From assembly GCA_016871995.1 (NCBI GenBank), contig VHBL01000004.1, positions 30,001-62,000 on the forward strand: DNA of 32,000 nucleotides, given 5' to 3'. Shown here piece by piece: positions 8,150-16,036 of this stretch (positions within the stretch are counted from its first letter, which is position 1; every line of letters begins with the position of its first letter). The translations under genes were made by a program, and so were the position numbers. The DNA comes from Nitrososphaerota archaeon (GTDB taxonomy: Archaea; Thermoproteota; Nitrososphaeria; Nitrososphaerales; UBA57). The notes under the pieces were generated by a model, which ran no database searches, had not been told where the DNA came from, and saw nothing but the letters and a program-made list of their open reading frames with translations.

Positions 8150-10362
8150 TTTGCATCTCCCATGAGCCTTGGGATAGCAGTTTCCCATTCATGTTTCATT
8201 TTTCCAACCTGCAGAGATGCGAGTTTCTTGCCTGCGTAGCTGACATCGAAAACTTTGTCTTTGAAAACTCCTATTTCTGCACATTTAGCACCGTTCTTTC
8301 TTGCAAGTTCAACAATCTTTGAAACATTGGTTTTTGATGCTGCTATAATGAATCTTGAATGGCTTTCTGAAAATGCTATTTCATCCCACCTCTTAGTGGA
8401 CGAAGGACATCTCACAATATCTATTGTAGAGCCTAGGCCCGAAAGCATGCACATCTCTGCAACTGCAACCACCAATCCTCCAGAGGAACAATCATTAACA
8501 GAGCTGATTAGTCCCGCCCTTATACCTTCGGAGACCGCCTTTTGGCTAGCCCGTTCTGCTGTAAAATCAAGTTTCGGAACGTTTCCCCCAATTGTCCCGA
8601 AGATTTGATCCTGATATTCTGAACCCCCTAGCTCGTTCTTAGTTTCGCCTATCTGCAATATTATGCTATCTTCCGAAGGAGTTGCATTTCTGATATTATC
8701 TGATTTCTCAATCAGTCCAAGAACAGCAGCAAGAGGAGTAGGCTTTATGGCCAAATGAGTATGAATGTCTTCATTGTAGAAACTCACCTTTCCTCCAACA
8801 CATGGTAGATTAAATTCTTTGCAGTAATCTGCAAAACCTCGAACACTTTCGCTGAAGGTCCAGTACACTTCTGTATTACCGGGGTTGCCGAATTGTAAAT
8901 GATCAACCATTGCTATTGGTTCTGCTCCAACTGCAATGACATTCCTGCATGCCTCAGCCAAAATTCCTGCAGCGCCATTATACGGGTCTAGGTAGCAGTG
9001 TTTCGGGTTTCCATCTACCTTAATCGCAAGGAATTTTTCATCGTTAATTCTTAGTACCGATGCCCCCGCATGGCCTGGCTTTACCACTGTCCGCGCACCT
9101 ACTTCATGATCATATTGCTGGTAGACCCACCTTTTAGATGCTAAATTTGGGGACGATAGCAACTTCATTATTATTGTGTCAAGGCTTTCCCTCGATTCTG
9201 GAATTTCCACCCTGCTGATTTCCTCTATGTACTTAGGTTTCCTAGCCTCTCTTGGTGCTGGTTCGGCCCTAACCAGAACTTCTACTGGAAGGTCTGCGAC
9301 GACCTTACCGTTCTGCCTAACTATCATCCTCTTGGTGTCCGTAACCTTCCCGATTATCGAATATAGCAACCCATATTTCTTGAAAATCTTGCCCACTGTT
9401 TCTTCATACCCTCTCTCCACTACAAATATCATCCGTTCCTGCGACTCTGAAATCATTATCTCATATGGCTGCATGCTCGTTTCTCTAAGGTGCACATTGG
9501 AGAGTTCTATGTCGACACCAGTATCTCCAGCGTAAGCTACTTCCGATACTCCACATGCTATGCCTCCAGCTCCTAGGTCTTTCAAGCCAGTCACATACCC
9601 AGTCTTTACGGCTTCAATTGTAGCCTCGATAATCTGTTTCTTTGTGAACGGGTCGGGTATCTGGACTGCTGAGCGATCTTCCGAATCCTTCCCCGAGAGG
9701 TCTCTTGATGCAAAGGTTGTCCCGTGAATGCCATCCCTGCCGGTGCTCCCTCCAACCAGAAGTACAGAATCGCCAGGATTCTTTGCAATTGCAAGTACAA
9801 TGTTTTCCTTCTTCCCTATTCCCAAGCAGACTACATCTACAAGGCAGTTGCGCTCGAACGACGGATCGAAATCTATCTCCCCACCAACAGTAGGTACTCC
9901 TGTGCAGTTACCATAGTCTGCAATCCCTCTGATTACATGCTGGAATAACCACCTTGAATTCGGGTTCTTGTTTATCATTCCAAATCGCAACGAATCAAGA
10001 AGCGCTATTGGCCTTGTGCCAAGACTAAGAATATCCCTAAGTATCCCTCCTACGCCTGTAGCTGCTCCTCCGTATGGGTCAATGGCCGAAGGGTGATTGT
10101 GGCTTTCAATGTGGAGCGTTGCAATGTCTCCATTTCCGATGTCTAGCACACCAGCGTCGTACCCAGGGCCAAGAAGGACCCTCTTCCCTTTTGTCGGCAG
10201 CAACTTAAGCATATGCTTCGAGGATTTGTAGCTGCAATGCTCAGACCACTCAACATCTATCATTGACAACTCGAGAGAATTAGCTTCCCGCCCGAGTCTC
10301 CTCCTTACTGCTGCTCGTTCCGCCTCAGTCAACGACAATCCGAACATTTCTAACTGGCTCAT
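8146..10362 (-). CDS. purL: FGAM synthase II (large subunit)
   Basis: 738 aa with EWSEHCSYKSSK, ESHNHPSAIDPYGGAATGVGG and duplicated PurM-like halves. Its ATG overlaps the purQ TGA. Confidence 0.95.
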   Translation of the reverse strand: MSQLEMFGLSLTEAERAAVRRRLGREANSLELSMIDVEWSEHCSYKSSKHMLKLLPTKGKRVLLGPGYDAGVLDIGNGDIATLHIESHNHPSAIDPYGGAATGVGGILRDILSLGTRPIALLDSLRFGMINKNPNSRWLFQHVIRGIADYGNCTGVPTVGGEIDFDPSFERNCLVDVVCLGIGKKENIVLAIAKNPGDSVLLVGGSTGRDGIHGTTFASRDLSGKDSEDRSAVQIPDPFTKKQIIEATIEAVKTGYVTGLKDLGAGGIACGVSEVAYAGDTGVDIELSNVHLRETSMQPYEIMISESQERMIFVVERGYEETVGKIFKKYGLLYSIIGKVTDTKRMIVRQNGKVVADLPVEVLVRAEPAPREARKPKYIEEISRVEIPESRESLDTIIMKLLSSPNLASKRWVYQQYDHEVGARTVVKPGHAGASVLRINDEKFLAIKVDGNPKHCYLDPYNGAAGILAEACRNVIAVGAEPIAMVDHLQFGNPGNTEVYWTFSESVRGFADYCKEFNLPCVGGKVSFYNEDIHTHLAIKPTPLAAVLGLIEKSDNIRNATPSEDSIILQIGETKNELGGSEYQDQIFGTIGGNVPKLDFTAERASQKAVSEGIRAGLISSVNDCSSGGLVVAVAEMCMLSGLGSTIDIVRCPSSTKRWDEIAFSESHSRFIIAASKTNVSKIVELARKNGAKCAEIGVFKDKVFDVSYAGKKLASLQVGKMKHEWETAIPRLMGDAK

Positions 10363-11072
10363 TTCCCCACCATTACCTCCATAGCCTTTGCAAATGCTCC
10401 AAGAACCGCTAGCCCGTCAGAACTTCCGAACGGGCTAAGAATTTTTTCCGATGCCCTTTCTGGGTGAGGCATTAAGCCTACAACATTGCCCTTTTCGTTA
10501 GAAACTCCAGCAATGTTTGAGATAGAACCATTTGGGTTTGCATCATCAGTGATGTTGCCCTTTTCATCTACATAACGGAACGCGACCTGCCCTCTCTTTT
10601 CAAGGTTCTTGACTTCATTTTCACCAAGGAGATACAGTCCTTCACCATGTGCTATCGGCATCTTCAACAATGTTCCTTGTTCCAACTCAGAAGTGAAAAA
10701 TGTCCTAGTGCTATCAACCCGTAAATTGACCCACTTGCAGACGAACCTTAGCCCAGCATTTCTTAGCAGAGCTCCAGGCAGAAGCTCCGATTCAGCGAGT
10801 ATCTGAAAGCCGTTGCATATCCCTAATATTGGCTTTCCCTCCTCCGCAGCTTTCTTCACTTGCGCCATCGCTGGGCTGTGTGTAGCAATGACACCTGCAC
10901 GCAGATGGTCCCCATATGAAAAACCGCCTGGAAGGATGGCTCCGTCGTACTTTCGCAGATCGACTTCCTCATGCCAAATTAAGTCAGCAGAAAGATGGAG
11001 AACATTCTTTAGAACATTGTACGCATCGAGGTCGCAATTGGTTCCCGGGAACCGGATTATTGCGACCTTCAT
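10359..11072 (-). CDS. purQ: FGAM synthase I (glutaminase subunit)
   Basis: 237 aa with MKVAIIRFPGTNCD, the nucleophile motif GICNGFQIL, and MPHPER. Confidence 0.95.
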   Translation of the reverse strand: MKVAIIRFPGTNCDLDAYNVLKNVLHLSADLIWHEEVDLRKYDGAILPGGFSYGDHLRAGVIATHSPAMAQVKKAAEEGKPILGICNGFQILAESELLPGALLRNAGLRFVCKWVNLRVDSTRTFFTSELEQGTLLKMPIAHGEGLYLLGENEVKNLEKRGQVAFRYVDEKGNITDDANPNGSISNIAGVSNEKGNVVGLMPHPERASEKILSPFGSSDGLAVLGAFAKAMEVMVGK

Positions 11073-11073
11073 A

Positions 11074-11346
11074 CTAATTACCTGAAATTCTAATCTGGCA
11101 AGTGCTCACAATAGGATTGTATATCCGTAGGTCGTCGCACATCTTCATAACCAACTTCTCCGCGCTTTCCTTACTGGGAGCTGAAACCTCTAACTGCAAA
11201 AGTTTGGCGGTCCTTACTCCCTTCACGTTCTCATAACCTCTTCTCATGACAAGGTCACGGAGTATGGTCTCACCCTCTGGATCTCGAATAGATGGCTTGT
11301 TCGAGATTACGCAGTCAACCTTGTAGTTTGATGTCCCCAAAGGCAA
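11074..11346 (-). CDS. purS: FGAM synthase PurS subunit
   Basis: 90 aa with IRDPEGETI and VKGVRTAK motifs. The start is TTG (+strand caa at 11344-11346), and no in-frame ATG precedes the conserved RDPEG. A single nucleotide separates it from purQ. Confidence 0.85.
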   Translation of the reverse strand: MPLGTSNYKVDCVISNKPSIRDPEGETILRDLVMRRGYENVKGVRTAKLLQLEVSAPSKESAEKLVMKMCDDLRIYNPIVSTCQIRISGN

Positions 11347-11373
11347 ACCCTTGTACCAAAAATGGTTTTGAAC

Positions 11374-11383
11374 GTATTTAACC
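11374..11383 (-). promoter_or_regulatory. Candidate TATA box for the pur operon (GGTTAAATAC on the minus strand)
   Basis: This is the only strong A/T box in the 94-nt nfo-purS gap, centred about 32 nt upstream of the purS TTG. No experimental support. Confidence 0.3.
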
Positions 11384-11440
11384 TCTATGATAACCGGAAG
11401 TTGTAAAATCTTTATGTCGTCGTAGATATTCCTATGATCG

Positions 11441-12280
11441 TTAAGAACAAAATTGCTTTAGTTTCTTTATATTTCCTGCGTCATCTCTTCTTTTATCGAT
11501 TGGAGTCTCAAGAACTATCGGCAATTCCCTAAAATGTCTGTCCGAAAGTAGTTCTCTGAAGCCCTTCTCTCCAATTTGCCCTAATCCTATATGCTCATGT
11601 CTGTCTAGGCCAGAGCCAAGAGGACCCTTAGAATCATTTGCATGTACAGCCCTTACCCTCTCTAAACCAATGATCTCATCTAACAGCTTTATTGTGCTTT
11701 GAACTCCTTCTAATCTGCTTATGTCATAGCCTGCTGCAAATGCATGGCATGTGTCAAAGCATACTCCGACCTTGTTGTTCGGCGTTATCCCGTCAATGAT
11801 CTGCTTGATATGCTCGAAAGTAGAGCCGACGCTATTTTTTGTCCCTGCAGTTATTTCCAACAATATCATTGAATTGTTGTTTGCTGCTTTTAACGCTCTA
11901 TTGCAGGCGTCTGTTACCCGCTTTATTCCATAGGCTACACCCTTACCCTTGTGGCTCCCAATATGCGTAACAACGTATGGGATGTTCAGATGTGATGCAC
12001 GCTTTAGCTCTGCAATTAATACATTAACAGAGCGCTCATAAATTTCCTTTTCTGGAGTTGCCAAGTTTGGGAGGTAGGGCATGTGGTCTAAAGGAGAAAC
12101 CAGATCTGATGATGCAAGTTTCTCTCTGAAGTTCTTGGAATTCTCATCCTTCAAGTCTGAAAATTTCCAGCCCCTGGGATTTCTGGTGAATATCTGGAAT
12201 GTTGTACATTTGAGTTCATTGGCCCTGTCTATTGCTCTGTCTATTGAACCGGAAATTGAAACGTGAACGCCTATTGGCAA
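11441..12280 (-). CDS. nfo: Endonuclease IV (AP endonuclease)
   Basis: 279 aa with IGVHVSISG, the metal ligand motifs HIGSH, FDTCHAFAAGYD, HANDSK and DRHEHIG. TTG start. Confidence 0.9.
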   Translation of the reverse strand: MPIGVHVSISGSIDRAIDRANELKCTTFQIFTRNPRGWKFSDLKDENSKNFREKLASSDLVSPLDHMPYLPNLATPEKEIYERSVNVLIAELKRASHLNIPYVVTHIGSHKGKGVAYGIKRVTDACNRALKAANNNSMILLEITAGTKNSVGSTFEHIKQIIDGITPNNKVGVCFDTCHAFAAGYDISRLEGVQSTIKLLDEIIGLERVRAVHANDSKGPLGSGLDRHEHIGLGQIGEKGFRELLSDRHFRELPIVLETPIDKRRDDAGNIKKLKQFCS

Positions 12281-12413
12281 GATGCCTTCCGAGGCAAGAT
12301 GATATGTAGATAAGCGTTGAAATATGTGCCGTTCTTTAATTAGATATTAACGAAAAGGGGATAACCTTTATCATCATCCAAAACCATCAAAGTACGAGAC
12401 AGAAGGGTGAGCT

Positions 12414-12782
12414 ATGATTAAGAGGAATTTTATTGCTGTTCTTCTGGTAGTTGCAGTCGCTGCCGGAGCTTTTGCTGTGTTTTCGGGTCAGATAGTCAGA
12501 TTAAATAATTCGGTCCAAGGAACGGCTCCTATCGCCCCACTACTCCCTAATGCACCGGAATACCAGTGCCCTCCGTGGATGGATCAGAAGACCTGTTTTC
12601 TTATGAAGGCGTCGTGTGGGAACGGCGTTTGCGATGTTCACGAACAGTGCAGTACATGCGTCTTAGACTGCGGCTGTGGAGGAGCCTTACTCTGTAACCC
12701 AGAAATTGGCAAATGTTATTCGCCTGTAATAGAAGAGGCTGATATAATCGCAGGGATTTGTCCTGCGCCTTTTGATAATTAA
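12414..12782 (+). CDS. Small secreted or membrane-anchored cysteine-rich protein
   Basis: 122 aa with an N-terminal hydrophobic anchor (FIAVLLVVAVAAGAFAVF) and 12 Cys, including CGNGVCDVHEQCSTCVLDCGC. A GGGTGA box lies 6 nt upstream of the ATG. A perfect hairpin terminator follows the gene. Confidence 0.65.
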   Translation: MIKRNFIAVLLVVAVAAGAFAVFSGQIVRLNNSVQGTAPIAPLLPNAPEYQCPPWMDQKTCFLMKASCGNGVCDVHEQCSTCVLDCGCGGALLCNPEIGKCYSPVIEEADIIAGICPAPFDN

Positions 12783-12798
12783 AAATAAAAAAATGTGT

Positions 12799-12830
12799 AA
12801 TGCCTTACCATAATGGTAAGGCATTTTTTT
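12799..12830 (+). terminator. Hairpin plus T-run terminator (12-bp perfect stem)
   Basis: AATGCCTTACCA-TAA-TGGTAAGGCATT followed by TTTTT, 17 nt after the stop at 12782. An A-run on the 5' side (T7 on the other strand) makes it potentially bidirectional. Confidence 0.55.
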
Positions 12831-12832
12831 GC

Positions 12833-12913
12833 TTATGCCTTCTTCTTTCTGCTGAACAGTACTCCTGATATTACGGTCAGCACAACTCCAATGCCTATAG
12901 TTCGATCTATAAC
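12833..12913 (-). pseudogene. Possible relic of a C-terminal transmembrane anchor (no start codon)
   Basis: The minus-strand frame reads VIDRTIGIGVVLTVISGVLFSRKKKA-stop. It is preceded by TGA TAG TAG and followed by the hairpin. It looks like the TM-helix-plus-basic-tail end of a surface protein. Confidence 0.2.
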
Positions 12914-12960
12914 CTACTATCAGCAATGAATTTTAGTTTCTTATCTTCCTACAACAATCC

Positions 12961-13497
12961 TTGAACTATCAACCACAAGAAAAGCTAAAGGTCTTTACAA
13001 GAAACTGGTTAAAGGCCTTTGCAATAATTCTATTAGGACTACTTGGAGTCGCATTTATGGGCTCCGCTGTTCCCTTGGAGAGGGATGAAGCTAAACAGAT
13101 GTTGGAGGAAGCGAGAAAGATTCTTCCTCAGAAACCGTCCACTGATGCAATATTCCTTAACAACTTTCGAGCTTCACTTTTGATGACGATCCCTGGCATT
13201 GGAATCGTCTTAGCAGGGATAATCCTGTACAATACTGGAGTTGTGTTCGCAGCTACAGGAGTCACTACAAACATCTATGGACCACTCTTGATGCTCGTTG
13301 TTGCAATAACACCGTTCTTCTGGTTCGAGTTCCTCGCATATGCTGCAGGGGTCACGCAGAGTCTGCTTCTTATGAAAGGCATTCTAAAGAAAAATATTAA
13401 ACAAGAAATAAAACGAACAGCCTATGTCATAGCAATTATTGCAATATTCTTAGTGCTTGGTGCAGCTGTAGAGGTTATCTTTATCGAGAGAATCTGA
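12961..13497 (+). CDS. Integral membrane protein, SpoIIM/DUF95-like
   Basis: 178 aa with 4-5 predicted TM helices and AIFLNNFRASLLMTIPGIG, which resembles the SpoIIM-family signature as I recall it. TTG start. Confidence 0.55.
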   Translation: MNYQPQEKLKVFTRNWLKAFAIILLGLLGVAFMGSAVPLERDEAKQMLEEARKILPQKPSTDAIFLNNFRASLLMTIPGIGIVLAGIILYNTGVVFAATGVTTNIYGPLLMLVVAITPFFWFEFLAYAAGVTQSLLLMKGILKKNIKQEIKRTAYVIAIIAIFLVLGAAVEVIFIERI

Positions 13498-13540
13498 ACC
13501 CAAAAACGGTTATCTATTACCACGGAGGAGAACCTGGTGA

Positions 13541-13903
13541 ATGGAATCCGACAAAGACCTTGACATGCTAACTGCGAAGAAGATGATAGAGCTAAGGAAG
13601 AAGATCGCTAAGGTTGCTGAGCCTAGGACGAAAACGGCTAGGGATGTCGTAGTCTCTAGACTTGTTGATAGGGGCGTGGAGGTTCTTGAGGCTGGCGAAA
13701 GAATTTACCCAAAAGAGATGAAAGTTATAGTTCAGAGGCTTGCCGAACTTGTAGAGAAAGGAATTATTTCGGATTACATATCTGGGGGTGAACTACTTTC
13801 ACTCCTTCGCACCTTGGGTCTCAGAGTTTCTGTACCAACTAGAATAGCTATTGAAGAGCACGGGAAGCTGGTTTCTTTAGCTGACAAAATAAGAGAACGA
13901 TAG
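13541..13903 (+). CDS. PDCD5/TFAR19-like double-stranded DNA-binding protein
   Basis: 120 aa. The pattern KKMIELRKK ... YPKEMKVIVQRLAELVEKGIISDYISGGELLSLLRTL parallels archaeal MTH1615-type proteins. GGAGG and GGTGA boxes lie upstream. Confidence 0.5.
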   Translation: MESDKDLDMLTAKKMIELRKKIAKVAEPRTKTARDVVVSRLVDRGVEVLEAGERIYPKEMKVIVQRLAELVEKGIISDYISGGELLSLLRTLGLRVSVPTRIAIEEHGKLVSLADKIRER

Positions 13904-16036
13904 TTACTCTTCTGCCTGCGGGGGAGGGGCTTCAGGTGCAGGAACTTTCGCTCTGGGGGTTATTCTGGTAAATTTCGATTTAAGAACCTTCTGGAGAATA
14001 CTCTCAGAAAGTTTGAACTCGGTGAAGAATTCTCTGAGCTTTGGTTCAAGCAGTTTCTTGTCGTTATCAGATAATTCCCTATATTCTACGCTCAAAGGGA
14101 GCGTATACTTTCCTTCGTAAAACCTTGCAACTTTAGCTACAAGTTCCGATGGCAACTCTGCCTTGAGATAGTCCATTGATATTTCGTCGTTTGCTGCTAT
14201 GCGTTTGAAGACTTCCGAGTCCAGCCTCCCTTCTATCATCTGGAACTCGAGATAGTTAAGAACGTCAATCTTTGGAGGCACCAGACCTAAAGAATTCTTT
14301 CGGACTTCCCCTCGGATGTATATCTCGCCTCCAAGCATGCCAGTTGCAACAAAGTTTCCAACCGGCTGCCCGTTATGGTGCTTGTCAAAAGCGCCTAGAC
14401 CTAGAACCACCGCAACGCCACCAGCCATATACTCTCCAAAGTAGTCATCGACCCTGCCTCCAATGATCACATATGGCTTTCTATCCCTGTATTCCCTCAT
14501 TTGTATTACAGCCCTGTTACCTGCATTTCCTCTTACAAAAATTGAGCCTCCCTGCAGAGCTTGTCCCATCACATCTCTAGCGTCTCCATGGATCACAATC
14601 TTGCCAGAATACATCGCATCTCCTATGTCGTCTTCCCCATTTCCATGTACTACGATTTCTCCTCCATTATTGAAATTCCCCAAGCAGTTCCCCGGCGTCC
14701 CGTAGATTACCAGCTTACTGCCAGCTAGCATATTGACTCCCATGTATCTCTGACCGCTAACATTTACAACATGGACTTCTTTCCCATCAGATCCCAACCT
14801 GTTCAGGATTATCTTGTTTAACTCATGGTAGTCTATACCATTTGCGTTTATAAGCTCGGACACGGTTCGCTCCTGCGATATGGAAACCAGAGCAGAACCC
14901 GAAGAAGGAAAGAAATATTCTCTGTCAGACCTTCCACTCTCGATTATTCCCTTTTTCATTGATGCTAACACGTATCGGCCTGGTTCAGGTGTCCATATTC
15001 TGGCATCAGGAGATAACCTCCTTATTTGGCACTCTTCGCTTGCCATATATATCCTCTCGTCATCTTCTCCGACTATGATCGGCCTGAATTTTGACCTGTC
15101 GATAAGCCCGAGCATGTAGTTATCGTCTCCATCGCAGTATCCTGCTATAACCGTGAAAGGCCCATCGAGTTGCGATCCTCTGTATGCAAGTGCCAGTTTC
15201 CTTATACTAGATGCGAGCGATCTGCCACCCACTATGTCTATGTAGTACTCGTAGGGATTAGAGAGTATCAAGCCTACCTGCTGCATCGTTAGTCCCCTTA
15301 CTCTAACAAGATGATCAATTATGTATGCAATGACCTCACTGTCCGTGCCTACAAGGCTTCCTACTCCTCTTGACTTCAGGAATTGTAGGTTGGCTCCGAA
15401 AGAACTGATATCACCATTATGTACTATCGCTGTTTCGAAAGATGCAAAGGGGTGCGACCATATTGGAAATGCGCCAGGAGAGTTAGTAGGCTGTCTTGTG
15501 TGCGCGATCCACATATCACCAAAGGCTTCATTTTCGAGTAGCCCGTACTGCTTGGCAACATCTATCGGATAGCCGACCTCTTTATAGACTTCAACATGCT
15601 TACCGAAGGAGAATATCCTTCCTTTTATTACACCCTCGGCAAGAACTTCTGCATTGATCTTGTTGATTGCCAGAGCAAGTGTTCTGTCAGAGGTACTGTC
15701 GACCTTAGCATTCCATATCCCAAAGGCTTTGTCACTAAACCTTCTATGATCTTCAGAGTCTATCGTTATCCCTCTGTAGCTCTCAAGTCTCTTCTTCATC
15801 ATACGAGCAGTTTCATTCCCATCGACAAAAGCCCTAACGTTGTACTGGTTTTTCTTCCCTCCATCAGTGTAAAAATTTGCGAATCCAGCTCCAAAGGGAC
15901 TGCCCCTAAACCTTACGCACTCTATCGCCTTCACCGCAACACTGCTCGGAATTTGTGATGAGTTCTCCTTCCTAATGACACCGAATACCCCACAGTCATC
16001 CTTTACATAGGGATCTGTATCTGGGAAGAGGTTCAT
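13904..16036 (-). CDS. gltB: Archaeal-type glutamate synthase subunit: class-II (Ntn) glutamine amidotransferase domain fused to the GXGXG domain
   Basis: 710 aa. It has a propeptide followed by CGVFGV, and the GXGXG beta-helix repeats (GTPGNCLGNFNNGGEIVVHGNGEDDIGDAMYSGKIVIHGDARDVMGQALQGGSIFVRGNAGNR). About 110 extra C-terminal residues end in a Pro/Ala/Glu tail. Its ATG shares one base with the upstream TAA (TAATG). Confidence 0.85.
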   Translation of the reverse strand: MNLFPDTDPYVKDDCGVFGVIRKENSSQIPSSVAVKAIECVRFRGSPFGAGFANFYTDGGKKNQYNVRAFVDGNETARMMKKRLESYRGITIDSEDHRRFSDKAFGIWNAKVDSTSDRTLALAINKINAEVLAEGVIKGRIFSFGKHVEVYKEVGYPIDVAKQYGLLENEAFGDMWIAHTRQPTNSPGAFPIWSHPFASFETAIVHNGDISSFGANLQFLKSRGVGSLVGTDSEVIAYIIDHLVRVRGLTMQQVGLILSNPYEYYIDIVGGRSLASSIRKLALAYRGSQLDGPFTVIAGYCDGDDNYMLGLIDRSKFRPIIVGEDDERIYMASEECQIRRLSPDARIWTPEPGRYVLASMKKGIIESGRSDREYFFPSSGSALVSISQERTVSELINANGIDYHELNKIILNRLGSDGKEVHVVNVSGQRYMGVNMLAGSKLVIYGTPGNCLGNFNNGGEIVVHGNGEDDIGDAMYSGKIVIHGDARDVMGQALQGGSIFVRGNAGNRAVIQMREYRDRKPYVIIGGRVDDYFGEYMAGGVAVVLGLGAFDKHHNGQPVGNFVATGMLGGEIYIRGEVRKNSLGLVPPKIDVLNYLEFQMIEGRLDSEVFKRIAANDEISMDYLKAELPSELVAKVARFYEGKYTLPLSVEYRELSDNDKKLLEPKLREFFTEFKLSESILQKVLKSKFTRITPRAKVPAPEAPPPQAEE

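Noticed and set aside
12687-12926. 79-aa minus-strand ORF
   Set aside because: It reads straight through the 12-bp hairpin terminator and overlaps the 3' end of the Cys-rich gene in antisense. It has a TTG start and an implausible composition.
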